From positions 1-64,000 of the forward strand of contig CBDBKM010000011.1 of the NCBI GenBank assembly GCA_965206695.1: DNA of 64,000 bases, written 5' to 3'. Below, one piece after another: positions 41,611 to 52,091 of the stretch (position 1 is its first letter; the number at the start of each line of letters is the position of its first letter). The DNA is from Chlamydiales bacterium. GTDB taxonomy: Bacteria; Chlamydiota; Chlamydiia; Chlamydiales; JAAZZY01. The notes under the pieces were generated by a model. It was given only the letters and a program-made list of their open reading frames with translations, was not told where the DNA came from and did no database searches. The translations under genes were made by a program, and so were the position numbers.

Positions 41611-42084
41611 TTACCACTTGTAATGAGCAAACGCTTTATTAGCTTCTGCCATGCGATGTGTATCATCTTTTTTCTTAATTGTAGTACCCTGATTGTTATA
41701 ACAATCAGCTAATTCCATTAAAAGTCCTTCTGCCATAGAACGACCGACCTTCTTACGTGCATGTTGAATGATCCATCGCATCGCCAAAGCAGCGCTGCGT
41801 TCAGGTTGAATTTCTATAGGGACTTGATAAGTTGCCCCTCCCATACGCCTGGATTTTACTTCAAGAGTCGGTCTTGCATTTTCCAGCGCCGCTTCAAATG
41901 CTTGTATTGGATCGTCCGCATTCACACGTTTTGCTAATTTTTTTAATGCATCATAAACAATCCGACGAGCAACGGATTTTTTCCCATCTTCCATCACTTT
42001 ATTGATAAATTTGGCAAGTACTAAGTTATCATATAACGGATCGCCATCAATTTTACGTTTTTCTGCTCTATGTCTTCTTGACAT
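41611..42084 (-). CDS. rpsG: 30S ribosomal protein S7
   Basis: EVKSRRMGGATYQVP…HRMAEANKAFAHY. Confidence 0.98.
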   Translation of the reverse strand: MSRRHRAEKRKIDGDPLYDNLVLAKFINKVMEDGKKSVARRIVYDALKKLAKRVNADDPIQAFEAALENARPTLEVKSRRMGGATYQVPIEIQPERSAALAMRWIIQHARKKVGRSMAEGLLMELADCYNNQGTTIKKKDDTHRMAEANKAFAHYKW

Positions 42085-42105
42085 GTCTTCTCCTGTTCAC
42101 TTCGT

Positions 42106-42477
42106 TTATTTAGGCCGCTTAGCCCCATATTTAGATCGTCCTTGTTTACGAGATTCTACAGCGGCACAGTCAAGTGCACCTCGAACGATATGATAACGTA
42201 CTCCGGGAAGATCCTTTACTCGACCTCCTCTAACAAGCACAATACTATGTTCCTGCAAGTTGTGACCTTCACCACTAATATATGCGATAACTTCCTGGCC
42301 ATTGGATAAACGAACCCAAGCCACTTTACGTAAAGCCGAATTTGGCTTTTTAGGCGTTTTAGTTTTGACTTGCAAACAAACGCCTCGTCGTTGCGGACAA
42401 TTCGAAAGAGCAGGCGATCGACTGCGTTTTATCTTTGCTTTACGCCCTTGTCTGATCAATTGATTTGTTGTAGGCAT
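42106..42477 (-). CDS. rpsL: 30S ribosomal protein S12
   Basis: [11 protein letters not shown]…[14 protein letters not shown]. Confidence 0.98.
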   Translation of the reverse strand: MPTTNQLIRQGRKAKIKRSRSPALSNCPQRRGVCLQVKTKTPKKPNSALRKVAWVRLSNGQEVIAYISGEGHNLQEHSIVLVRGGRVKDLPGVRYHIVRGALDCAAVESRKQGRSKYGAKRPK

Positions 42478-42688
42478 TGAGCTAGCCTCTCCTTAACATT
42501 TTTTATTCTGAATACATCCTCGCTAACAGCTATTATAGGCATTCTGATGAATGCCAATAACTAAACGAAAATTAAGTGGTATACTATAACGAAAGAAGTG
42601 AATTATTTGCAAAAAATTTCAAACAATCTAAAAAAATCTTAGAATGAACGAATATAAAATAAAGATTTTATGCGATAATTAAAAAAAA

Positions 42689-43168
42689 TTATTGCTCAAT
42701 AATTGCTTTCGACGGATCTTTCGATGGAGATTCTATTTTCCAAACCTTCCCACCTATGATCGTTCGTAATTGATCTACAGAGATATATTCTCCTCGAGTT
42801 TGATAATTGCCATCCTCTTGAAGTTCATAGACTTCAAAACCTTCAAAACCTAATTCTTTATTTCGAAATTCCCAGGCAATCGTTTTATCATCTATAACCC
42901 CTTTGCCTTCTACTCGCCCTAAACTTTCATTTTCCAATGCAATCGTAAATGCATTAGGTGAAATTTCTGAAAGAATAAATTTATTACTTGTCTTATCAAT
43001 AAGTCCTTCTACTTCTATTTCTTGCGTACAAGTGATCACCGTAGGAGCGTATTCGGAAACTTTCCATCTAGTATAGAATTTGAGCTCATGCCCAAATTCA
43101 TTGAATGTAATAGTACCATCCCCTATCCACTCTTGTGGATTAAAAAGAAACGTATGCTGAACAGTCAA
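42689..43168 (-). CDS. Hypothetical protein (beta-barrel-like), translationally coupled to rodA
   Basis: 159-aa ORF overlapping the rodA stop; W.GDG.I.F…WEFR…FEGFEVY pattern. Confidence 0.7.
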   Translation of the reverse strand: MTVQHTFLFNPQEWIGDGTITFNEFGHELKFYTRWKVSEYAPTVITCTQEIEVEGLIDKTSNKFILSEISPNAFTIALENESLGRVEGKGVIDDKTIAWEFRNKELGFEGFEVYELQEDGNYQTRGEYISVDQLRTIIGGKVWKIESPSKDPSKAIIEQ

Positions 43169-44304
43169 AACATAAACCTCCGACTATAAATACTTTGTAA
43201 TATTCCCAATGCTGCCATTGTGGCCACAATGGAGGAGCCCCCATAAGTAACCAAAACAAGTGGCACTCCTGTAATCGGCAATAATCCGCACATCATACCG
43301 ATATTGACTAAGATATGCATCGCCAAATAAACCGCAATTCCTGCAGATAACAACCTACCAAAATGATCCTTAGCAACTACAGTCACTTGAAAACTGAGGT
43401 AAATTAACGCATAAAACAGAAACATTAAAAACACAAGGCCCAAAAAACCAAAATGTTCTCCAAAATTTGAAAACACAGAGTCTGTATGAGAGGCCGGAAG
43501 CCAGCCTCCTCCTGTAAATTCTCCTTTTCGCCATCCTTTCCCGACTAATCCCCCTAAAGCAATAGCAGAAGTGGCCGCTCTTTGGTGATGAGTATTCGGA
43601 TTTAAACGCTCATACTGATAATCTTTAATAACAGAAGTGGCTACCGAACGAAAATTTTCATGGGAAATAACACCTAAAAAGATCATTAATACCAATACCA
43701 GACTAGTTATGCCTATGATTGTCAGAATACGAATAACCGTAGGATGTATGCCCGCAAAATAAAACATCACTAAAGTGATAGGACATAGAACTAATGCTGT
43801 TCCTAAATCGGGCTGTTTTAAAATAAGAAGAAATGGAATAACCGTAATAAGCATCCCTCCAAAAGCTGTTTTTAAAGAACGGCTAACGGTTTTCATCCTC
43901 TCTAAGTACCAGCTTAAGGCAATGACAACAACCAACTTGGCTAATTCTGAGGGTTGAATACTGATATTGACGAAGGGAAGCTTATACCAACGATACACAT
44001 TTTGAATCGGATTAGTAAAAAAAAGACCAACTAGAGCAATAATAAGTAATATATACAGTATCCATGCCCATTCTCTTAACTTATTGTAATCAAATCCGGC
44101 AAAAAAAAGGTATACCACTGAGCCAATACAAAACCATTGCATCTGACTTTTAACCATCGGTGTCAAAAACGCCTCTTCCGTACCGTCAGGGTAACCTGAA
44201 TAAGGAATGATAGAAATGACGACAAGACTCACTCCCATCAATAACAATATAATCGATAGGATACGTAAATCTAAACGTTTTAAATAACGATAATCCCAAA
44301 ACAT
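43165..44304 (-). CDS. rodA: Rod shape-determining SEDS protein
   Basis: IQPSELAK; QPDLGT; HTDSVF…GEHFGF; GLLPITGVPL..YGGSS. Confidence 0.92.
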   Translation of the reverse strand: MFWDYRYLKRLDLRILSIILLLMGVSLVVISIIPYSGYPDGTEEAFLTPMVKSQMQWFCIGSVVYLFFAGFDYNKLREWAWILYILLIIALVGLFFTNPIQNVYRWYKLPFVNISIQPSELAKLVVVIALSWYLERMKTVSRSLKTAFGGMLITVIPFLLILKQPDLGTALVLCPITLVMFYFAGIHPTVIRILTIIGITSLVLVLMIFLGVISHENFRSVATSVIKDYQYERLNPNTHHQRAATSAIALGGLVGKGWRKGEFTGGGWLPASHTDSVFSNFGEHFGFLGLVFLMFLFYALIYLSFQVTVVAKDHFGRLLSAGIAVYLAMHILVNIGMMCGLLPITGVPLVLVTYGGSSIVATMAALGILQSIYSRRFMF

Positions 44305-44417
44305 GAAAAACAACCTTAAAACGCATAAAATATTAGCTTAATAAATTTTCTATTAACTACAGAGAAAAAAAGGAGTTTTTATCTTGTTTTTCTTTCATAA
44401 TAAATACTTATCAAGTA

Positions 44418-45107
44418 ATGGGTTATTTATACGTAAGCAGAGAAGGTTACTTGATGAAATCAATACTCATTTTAGAAGGCTATGGAGCTATTGAAAAAAA
44501 AATAGCCCTGATATTAGACAAAGAGTACCCTAACAAAGTTATTATCGCAGGAAGAGATTTACAAAAAGGTCAAGCCTTCATTATCAACCAATCCAAAACT
44601 TTAAAAATGAGGCGGTTGGACGCTAGTGGTGCAACCTCTTTAAAAGACAACGTAAGTGATGTTGATTTCATCATTAATACAATTGATCAGAAAGAACCTG
44701 TTGCTGCTCAAATATCTATTGAAAAAGGGTTAAAATATGCCGATGTGACAGCGCTTCTTTTACATACGGGACTCGCTCCTGAAATTTCGAACGTCATGGC
44801 TAAAACCGGAAAAAATGCTTTAAATCAAACTGATCTCATCATAACAATTTACAACGGAGATTTAGAAAGAGAAGCACTCCCTAACACATTAGATTATTTG
44901 CTGTTTACTAATACTCAAAAGACGGATGTCCTAAATGCTGACGGTTCTATATCTCAAGCCCTAACTTTAACAAGAAGCGATTTTTTTGATTCCACCGGAA
45001 ATAGAAAAGTTTGGCCAAGAATAGACGAATGCTTTTTTGGAAATATTCCGGGCGCTCTATTTTCTAAACTTGAATGTTCCATTGAACCCAAATCAATTAT
45101 GAAATAA
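44418..45107 (+). pseudogene. Degenerate saccharopine-dehydrogenase-like Rossmann-fold gene
   Basis: ILEGYGAIE (eroded GxYGxxG), IIAGRD, YADVT, TGLAPE.SN. Appears internally deleted and trails into stop-ridden coding-like DNA to ~45440. Confidence 0.5.
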
Positions 45108-45509
45108 ACGGCTTTTTTGGCTCCATTGAAATTAACACCTTTATTGAAATATCCATGGATACGAAAATTAGCCACAAAGAGTTACCAATTTTACAAAAAA
45201 AATACTCTAATATTAAATAGTTATGGTTAGCTTTAGGACTTGAGGTCTCAAGTGGGGATAAGAAACAAGCCTATCGATTATTCGTCCACGATTCGGATAA
45301 ATGGACAGCAAAAGGGTTTGTTTTGATGGTTAAAATGCTTTATGCAGAATACGTTTTCTGAACAAGCCATTGAACCATTTAATGTTTTTAAAGCTTTAAA
45401 GACCATGGGATTGAAGATTTCTATTGAGAGCTCCCGATTTTAAGATAAAGCACCTTTATGACAAAATAGTCACTTGGATTACTTTTAAAATGTTTAAGTA
45501 AGGAAAAAT

Positions 45510-47111
45510 ATGGATACCCGGGAAAAACTCAAAGAACTTTTAGAAACATTCGTAGCTAAAATACGCTCTAAATCAGAACAAGTTAATCGTGCTGTTTGGC
45601 TTTTAGAAACAACTGAATCTGAAGATGCAGCCTTTTTACTGGCCACTTTAGAAGCTGAGCTGAAAATTTTATATAGCGATCCTACTATCTATGATAAATT
45701 AACGAGCTTAGATCAAGATGAATCCATTACCAATCCCTTACTCAAGCGCGTCTTAAATGTTTTAATCCGATCTTTTAAATCCAATATGCTTCCGGAAGAG
45801 ATGATTAAAGAGATTTCTACAAAAGAAGCTTTATTATCTCAAGCGTATGGAACCTTTAGACCCACCTTCGAAGGGAAAAAAGTCTCTGAAAATGATCTCT
45901 TAGATATTTTAAAAAATGAAAACGATATCGATCGAAGAAAACGGACATGGGCCGCCTCAAAAGAAATTGGGAATCATTTAGCTCCACAAATTCTTAAAAT
46001 AGTTAAACTACGTAATAATGCTGCTCACCGATTAGGTTATAGTGATTATTATTCCATGCAGCTTGAGTTGCAAGAAGTTGATAAAAAATGGCTCTTATCT
46101 ATTTTTAATGAATTAGCCGAAGCCTCTCAGGAAGCTTATCGTTCAACTCTAAATCACATTAACGCACAACTGGCTAATCGATATAAAGTACCTATTATGT
46201 CATTAGGTCCTTGGGCCTGGAGTGATCCTTTTTGCCAAGAAGACCCTCTTGCTAGTGATTTTGGATTTGATAATCTATTAGAAGAAATTGATACCGTAAA
46301 AGTCTGTCAAGATTTCTATCACACAATCCGCTTACATATAAAAAACATTATCCCACAAAGCGATCTCTTTGAAAGACAAAACAAAAACCAACATGCTTTT
46401 TGTCTCCACCTCGATCGCTATGATGATGTCAGGATATTAGCGAATATCCGCCCCTCTTTCCGTTGGTTGGATACCATGCTACATGAATTGGGTCATGGAG
46501 TATACGATCTGGGTTATGATCCTCAACTCCCTTGGATTTTAAGAGACCCTCCTCATATGATTACCACAGAGGCTATGGCTTTGATTGCCGGCAGACAAGC
46601 TTACGACCCTCGCTATTTACAAGCCATTCTGCCAAATGTAAAAGGGTTAGAAAAAATACTACGGCAAATCAAAGAAAGCCAAAATAGACGTCAGCTTTTA
46701 TTTAGCCGGTGGGTTATGGTTATGGTACATTTTGAAGCTAACTTGTACGCTAATCCGGAACAAGACCTCAATGCCCTTTGGTGGTCTTTGGTACAAAAAT
46801 ATCAAGGCATTTGCCCACCGGCCCGTATAGAACAAAATGATTGGGCCACTAAATACCATATTGGGTTAGCACCGGTTTATTACCATAGTTATCTTTTAGG
46901 CGAGATGTTTGCGTCTATGCTACAAGAAACTCTTTTTGAAATAACCAATACGACCGGTCTTTATGGAAATGAAAAGGTAGGCGCTTTCTTACAAGAAAAA
47001 CTTTTCCGACCGGGCAATCGTTTTTCATGGAATAAGCTCATTCAATATTGCACACAAAAAGAATTAGAAGGCGGAGCTTGGCTTCGAGAATTCGCAACAC
47101 CAAAGTTATAG
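45510..47111 (+). CDS. M2/M3-family zinc metallopeptidase (peptidyl-dipeptidase-like)
   Basis: HELGH zinc motif; downstream TEAMA Glu; DWATKYHI…YYHSYLLG. Confidence 0.85.
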   Translation: MDTREKLKELLETFVAKIRSKSEQVNRAVWLLETTESEDAAFLLATLEAELKILYSDPTIYDKLTSLDQDESITNPLLKRVLNVLIRSFKSNMLPEEMIKEISTKEALLSQAYGTFRPTFEGKKVSENDLLDILKNENDIDRRKRTWAASKEIGNHLAPQILKIVKLRNNAAHRLGYSDYYSMQLELQEVDKKWLLSIFNELAEASQEAYRSTLNHINAQLANRYKVPIMSLGPWAWSDPFCQEDPLASDFGFDNLLEEIDTVKVCQDFYHTIRLHIKNIIPQSDLFERQNKNQHAFCLHLDRYDDVRILANIRPSFRWLDTMLHELGHGVYDLGYDPQLPWILRDPPHMITTEAMALIAGRQAYDPRYLQAILPNVKGLEKILRQIKESQNRRQLLFSRWVMVMVHFEANLYANPEQDLNALWWSLVQKYQGICPPARIEQNDWATKYHIGLAPVYYHSYLLGEMFASMLQETLFEITNTTGLYGNEKVGAFLQEKLFRPGNRFSWNKLIQYCTQKELEGGAWLREFATPKL

Positions 47112-47114
47112 CTC

Positions 47115-47846
47115 ATGAATATCTTACGTTTTGAACTAAACACAATTGATTCTACACAAAATTGGGCTAAAGAAAATGCTCCTCAATTTAGCCGGGATAA
47201 TTTTGTTATCATTACGGCTAATACTCAAACAGCAGGAAGGGGCAGGCAAAAAAAAATTTGGTACTCTCCACCCAATTGCAATATCTATATGACCTTTTCA
47301 TTTTGTCTTAAAAAAAGACATGACCTATGCAGTATTACCCTTATGCTGGCTGTTATTACAGCCAAATGGTTCAAAACAATAGGATTGGAGCCTCAAATCA
47401 AATGGCCTAACGATATCTTGATTCATAATCAAAAAATAGCAGGTATTTTAGCAGAAACCACAAGTGAGAAAGATTTCATTCGCATCTTTTTAGGTATTGG
47501 CATCAATATTAATATGAGTGAAGAGGATTGTAAAAAAATTGATCAGCCGACGACTTCATTAAGATGTTTGAGTCATAAAGATTGGGATATTAATGAGATT
47601 ATAACCCTTCTAAGTCAAAATGTTCGAAAAGAGCTCAAAGCTTTTGAATCAAATGGATTTGCCGGCTTTGTCAATGACTTTGAACCATTGTGTATGCATA
47701 CCAATAAAACATTAACGATTGATGACGGGCACAAACATTGGACCGGGGTTTACAAAAAGATCAATTCCGATGGCTCTCTTTTGGTGGAATTAACAGATGG
47801 CTCTACCAAATCTTTTGCAAGCGCTACGATTATAAATCAGGAGTAA
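47115..47846 (+). CDS. birA: Biotin-protein ligase (no HTH)
   Basis: DSTQ, QTAGRGR, IKWPND, KIAGIL, GIGIN. Confidence 0.93.
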   Translation: MNILRFELNTIDSTQNWAKENAPQFSRDNFVIITANTQTAGRGRQKKIWYSPPNCNIYMTFSFCLKKRHDLCSITLMLAVITAKWFKTIGLEPQIKWPNDILIHNQKIAGILAETTSEKDFIRIFLGIGININMSEEDCKKIDQPTTSLRCLSHKDWDINEIITLLSQNVRKELKAFESNGFAGFVNDFEPLCMHTNKTLTIDDGHKHWTGVYKKINSDGSLLVELTDGSTKSFASATIINQE

Positions 47847-48609
47847 CTTCTAAGTCAGGGTCAATGCGTGCTCTTAAAACTTGCTGAATAAAAGATAGAG
47901 TTGCCCCCGTTGCTGAAAAACATGTCGTGCAAGTACCTTGATACGCAATAATAACTTCTCTATCTTCTTTGAGGCTGATGACCTCTACCCCTCCGGCATC
48001 CATTTCAATATAGGGCCTAATTTCCCGATCTATAACATCTTCAATCACAGCTATTTTTTTAGCCAACGGCAACTCCTTCCAGCCCGGATATCCCTCACCT
48101 GCCATAGGTAATCCCATATCTTCTTGTGCGATAGGAGGTGCGACATAATTTTTAGCTAAAGGAATATCCATACAGGTCTTACAAAGCATCTGCAAAGCTT
48201 CTAAAGCTAAGCCAACATGCGCTAGAGTATCTTCCGGAAAAGCTTGGACATCATTTTTATCTCGAAAATGTTTATCAACTAAATCTATACTTAACCTGGA
48301 GGCTTGATCGTAATTTCTGCCTATAGCCAAATCACAAACCCCTTCACCCGCTCCTATTAAGGCCGATTCCCCAATCAATTGAAATTTTAAATCCACAATC
48401 ACACCATCTGCCGGATCGACTAATGAGTATAAATAAATGATATTTCCCTCTTCAATATTACCTGCAACACCGGCCGCAAAACGAAAAACACAAGCATCTG
48501 CCTCATCTTTAGTGAAGACACCGACTGAACGAGGCTTATCAATTTTTGATGCTAGTTTCTTACTATATTTAGCCCAAGGAAAGGGCTTGATTAGCATATT
48601 TAAACTCAT
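47830..48609 (-). CDS. nifU: NifU-like protein (degenerate IscU-like N-domain + Nfu C-domain)
   Basis: EIRPYIEMDAGGVEV…YQGTCTTC. The N-domain has an IscU-like layout without the canonical cysteines. Confidence 0.8.
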   Translation of the reverse strand: MSLNMLIKPFPWAKYSKKLASKIDKPRSVGVFTKDEADACVFRFAAGVAGNIEEGNIIYLYSLVDPADGVIVDLKFQLIGESALIGAGEGVCDLAIGRNYDQASRLSIDLVDKHFRDKNDVQAFPEDTLAHVGLALEALQMLCKTCMDIPLAKNYVAPPIAQEDMGLPMAGEGYPGWKELPLAKKIAVIEDVIDREIRPYIEMDAGGVEVISLKEDREVIIAYQGTCTTCFSATGATLSFIQQVLRARIDPDLEVTPDL

Positions 48610-48614
48610 TGATT

Positions 48615-49775
48615 CTATCCTAAAATATGCTCAGACATTTTTTTTAAACGCTTAACTTGTTCGATAATGATATGACAGGCTTGATCAATTTCTTTTTCTT
48701 TCGTGTAACGAGAAAAAGCAAAGGAAATCGCACTGTCAGCCTTTAAGCGCTCAACACCACTTGCTCTTAAGACTAAACTTAGCTTTTGAAAAACTCCACC
48801 CCCAAAATTGGCATATACTTTTTTTCGATTCAAAGCATACAAAAGATTTTCAGCAATCATTCCCGGAAATGAGATAACCGTTGTATTAGGCAAACTCATA
48901 ATATCTTGAAAATGTATCTGAGCATCGGGCTGTTCTTTTAAAATCGTTTCTTCAAATTTTGCTCTTAGACGAACTACCTCGGTACACATATAGTCCAGAT
49001 GTTCATGCATCTCTTCGCAAGCGATACCCAAAGCAACGAGGCCGGGTGTATTAATAACACCGGCTCTTTTTCCCCCTTGCTCCGGTCCACCAATAATAAA
49101 AGGACTAAGATCAATACCTTCTCGAATATATAAGCCTCCCGTACCTTTAGGAGCATGTAAATGATCTCCATTAAACGTAATAAAATCCGCTCCAATTTCT
49201 TTAACATCAAAAAAAGATTTACCCAAGACATAAGAAGCATCTAAATGGAATAAAATACCTCGCTGTTTTAACACATCAGCGATCTCATTAACAGGGTTTA
49301 TTACGCCTGTTAACCCATTCGCCCATGCTAGTGACACCAACGCAGTTCTAGGACTAATTGCTTCACTAATAGCCTTAGCATCAACAAATCCCTTATCATT
49401 AACTTCTATTAAGTTCGTTTTACATCCCAATTCTTCCAGATGTGATAAGGACATAATAATAGGGGCTTCATCAACTGAAGAAGTAATAAAATGATTTTTA
49501 CCTTCCTGCCTAACAATGTCGTAATATACACCCTTTATCACATGGTTCACCGCTTCCGGTCCTGATGAAGTAAATAGGACGGTATCACGATCAGTTGCTC
49601 CTAATAATTGATATATTTGTTTATAAGCTTTTTCCATAGCCGGTAACAATTGTTGTCCCATTGAATGAGGCTGAACATAAGAGCCCCAATTATCATAGAA
49701 ATAAGGCTTCATTGCTGAAATGGCTTTTTCGGAAGGTTTGGTCGTCGTGTGGTTATCTAAGTAAATCCCTAACAT
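48615..49775 (-). CDS. nifS: NifS/IscS-like class V aminotransferase-fold protein (catalytic residues apparently absent)
   Basis: IYLDNHTTT, FTSSGPEA, AN..TGVI, FHLDA, GG.EQGGKRAG. Confidence 0.8.
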   Translation of the reverse strand: MLGIYLDNHTTTKPSEKAISAMKPYFYDNWGSYVQPHSMGQQLLPAMEKAYKQIYQLLGATDRDTVLFTSSGPEAVNHVIKGVYYDIVRQEGKNHFITSSVDEAPIIMSLSHLEELGCKTNLIEVNDKGFVDAKAISEAISPRTALVSLAWANGLTGVINPVNEIADVLKQRGILFHLDASYVLGKSFFDVKEIGADFITFNGDHLHAPKGTGGLYIREGIDLSPFIIGGPEQGGKRAGVINTPGLVALGIACEEMHEHLDYMCTEVVRLRAKFEETILKEQPDAQIHFQDIMSLPNTTVISFPGMIAENLLYALNRKKVYANFGGGVFQKLSLVLRASGVERLKADSAISFAFSRYTKEKEIDQACHIIIEQVKRLKKMSEHILG

Positions 49776-49779
49776 CTTG

Positions 49780-50454
49780 TTAAATCTTTTGAAATTGATC
49801 TTGGGCATATTTATAAATAATCGGATCCCCTGTAGGAATCTCGAGTTTTACGATATCTTTTTGGCTTATATTTTCAATATCCATTGTAATAGAACGCAAA
49901 GAATTTCCATGAGCTGCTATAAATACCGTCTTACCTTCTTTAAGATAAGGCAGAATAACTTTCTCAAAATAGGGAATGGTTCTTTCTACTGTAAGCTTAA
50001 GACTTTCTCCTCCGGGAGGGCTTATATCATAGCTGCGTCTCCAGATATGTACTTGTTCATCACCAAATTTTTCTCGTGTACCCTGCTTATTTAATCCTTG
50101 CAGTTCTCCATACATACGCTCATTTAATTGCCAGGCATAAAAGACCGGAATACAGTTATCTAAAGCCTCTTGATTATAACATTTACTCCATTCAGAAGTT
50201 TTACCTCCTTCCCGGTGGTTAACCACTAAAGGCTTATTGGAACTATGCTCTATCATAGCCAACATGGCTGTCATCTGAGCACGAGCTAAAGTAGAAGAAA
50301 AAATAACGTCTATAGGGATATCTTTAATTTTTTCCCCGCCTTCTAAGGCCTCATCCATACCCTCTTTGCTTAAAGAGATGTCCACCCAGCCGGTGAATTG
50401 ATTAAGCTTATTCCATTGAGATTGACCATGCCGCATTAAAATGAGCTTCCCCAT
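49780..50454 (-). CDS. gpmA: 2,3-BPG-dependent phosphoglycerate mutase
   Basis: MRHGQSQWN..N.FTGWVD; LNERMYGELQG; WRRSYD; AAHGNSLR. Confidence 0.95.
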   Translation of the reverse strand: MGKLILMRHGQSQWNKLNQFTGWVDISLSKEGMDEALEGGEKIKDIPIDVIFSSTLARAQMTAMLAMIEHSSNKPLVVNHREGGKTSEWSKCYNQEALDNCIPVFYAWQLNERMYGELQGLNKQGTREKFGDEQVHIWRRSYDISPPGGESLKLTVERTIPYFEKVILPYLKEGKTVFIAAHGNSLRSITMDIENISQKDIVKLEIPTGDPIIYKYAQDQFQKI

Positions 50455-50518
50455 CTTACATCCTTTTACAAGTTTTTAGTCAAGGTATACAATAAAGATG
50501 AACACTTTTCCATAAAAA

Positions 50519-50687
50519 AGACTTCTGCATAACTGACTTGATAATATTTTTTACAACTCACTGATTGTCTAAACTTATTTTTCATTTATTTTGATAAGTT
50601 TTATAATAAGCAGTTGTTTTATTCCGGGTGCAAAGCATCGCATAAGCGCCAAGAATCGTTGCCGGAAATCAGTTATGTAGAGGGTCT
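50519..50687. mobile_element. IS5-derived MITE (~170 bp)
   Basis: Ends AGACTTCTGCATAACTGA / TCAGTTATGTAGAGGGTCT. The body matches 2131-2280. Confidence 0.75.
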
Positions 50688-50707
50688 TTGCATAAAAAGC
50701 TCAAGAT

Positions 50708-51362
50708 TTAACACTTTCTTTTTTTGAAAGGTCCTTCTCTAGCCTCTCGAGTCCTTCGTTGAACTCATCCACGCTTTTCCGATACCAAGTCAATCCGTTC
50801 TTATTAGGGTCAAACCTGTCAAGCCCCGTCATAGTCATGATGCGCTCTAGCGTTTGCCCGACACCCGCATCAATTTTTTTTGATCTCGACCAAGCTTCTT
50901 AAGTACATCCCGGTCATTTTGAGATAACTCTTTATTTAAACAATCCTTCCTAAGTGTCTCTAGCCTTTCCCTATATGATAACCACTCGGCATTCAAGCCC
51001 AACATTGTGTTGATCGCCATTGTTTGCTGAGCCCCGGGATTAGGTTCTATATCTAGCTTTCCTAGTTGTAAAATACTTAGCATGAGATATTTTGCTATAC
51101 ATTCGGGATTATAGCAAGGTCTATTATCTCCGGGTTGGTGCTCTTGAATCAAACGACGAAAACAGTTTATGTGTATGGGATGATTCTTTCCCTCCTGCCC
51201 CGTATGCTGTATAAAGACTTGCCCTGTCCCATCAGCCGGCTCCTTACATTTATCATAAAAACAGCCCTTGCTTACTACGCTAGCATCAGCTGTTCGTTCC
51301 AAGGTTTCTATATTAATTCCTATACTATTTTCTATTCCTATACTACTTTATATACTACTCAT
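50708..51362 (-). pseudogene. Decayed RING-like zinc-finger protein with helical tail
   Basis: GGGAG RBS and ATG 51362, with an in-frame TAA at codon 5. CFYDKC…QHTGQEGKNHPIHINC…CYNPEC. A frameshift in an A-run near 50878 extends the reading to ~50708. Confidence 0.6.
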
Positions 51363-51634
51363 GAACTTAACTCCCACTTAATTGCTGTTTATACTAAATA
51401 ATTGTTTATATTAAAATTAATAGTAAACAAAAATTGTTAATTAAATATTAAGATTGTACGTGTTTTTAGAACTACACAGGTAAAGCTTGACCCTCTAGAA
51501 TTAACCTGTTTGAGATGTATGGGAAACAAAGGATATTCGCGTTTAATAGCACGGATAAAATAATTAAAAAAAATATTAATAAGATAATAATATTAATAAG
51601 ATAATAATAGAAATATTTTTGTTGAAAAAAAGAA

Positions 51635-51890
51635 CCCTGATAAACACATTCTGAAAAACTCCGCTTTAAAAAGTCCCGGAGATGTTTATAGGGTTCTCAA
51701 GGTACAGTATTATGATGAAAGACTTAAATCAAGCACATCGTTTCAATGTTAGAAAAAAAATTGTTCAATATGCTCAGGATAAAGGCATTCGGTCTGCCGT
51801 AAAAAATGAGGCGTAGCCGGAAATACCGGTCGTACTTGGTTGCGGCGTTTTGAGCAAGAGGGTAATAAGGGATTAAACAACTATATGCGA
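51635..51890 (+). mobile_element. Transposase N-terminal HTH fragment (IS481-like)
   Basis: HRFNVRKKIVQYAQDKGIRSAVK…RTWLRRFEQEGNKGL. Confidence 0.5.
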
Positions 51891-51929
51891 CGAAGGAAGG
51901 AGGCGGTTTTTAACTTTTTTAAAATATAA

Positions 51930-52091
51930 AAGCGAGAGGTACGGGAGAAATATAGTAGAATTAGACCACTATTTTCCCGGTACACAAAAGTGTTCTGCAT
52001 GCGGTCATAAACAAGGGAAAAAATCCCCCGACATAAGAACTTGGGAGTACTCAAATTGTAAAATCAAGCATGACAGAGATTTTAATATATA
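51930..52091 (+). mobile_element. tnpB: TnpB C-terminal remnant interrupted by IS630-B
   Basis: DHYFPGTQKCSACGHK…RTWEYSNCKIKHDRDFN. Confidence 0.7.

Noticed and set aside
39161..42477. str operon lacking tuf, with rpsJ detached from the rplC cluster
   Set aside because: This is the known chlamydial arrangement. It is useful for taxonomy but not novel.
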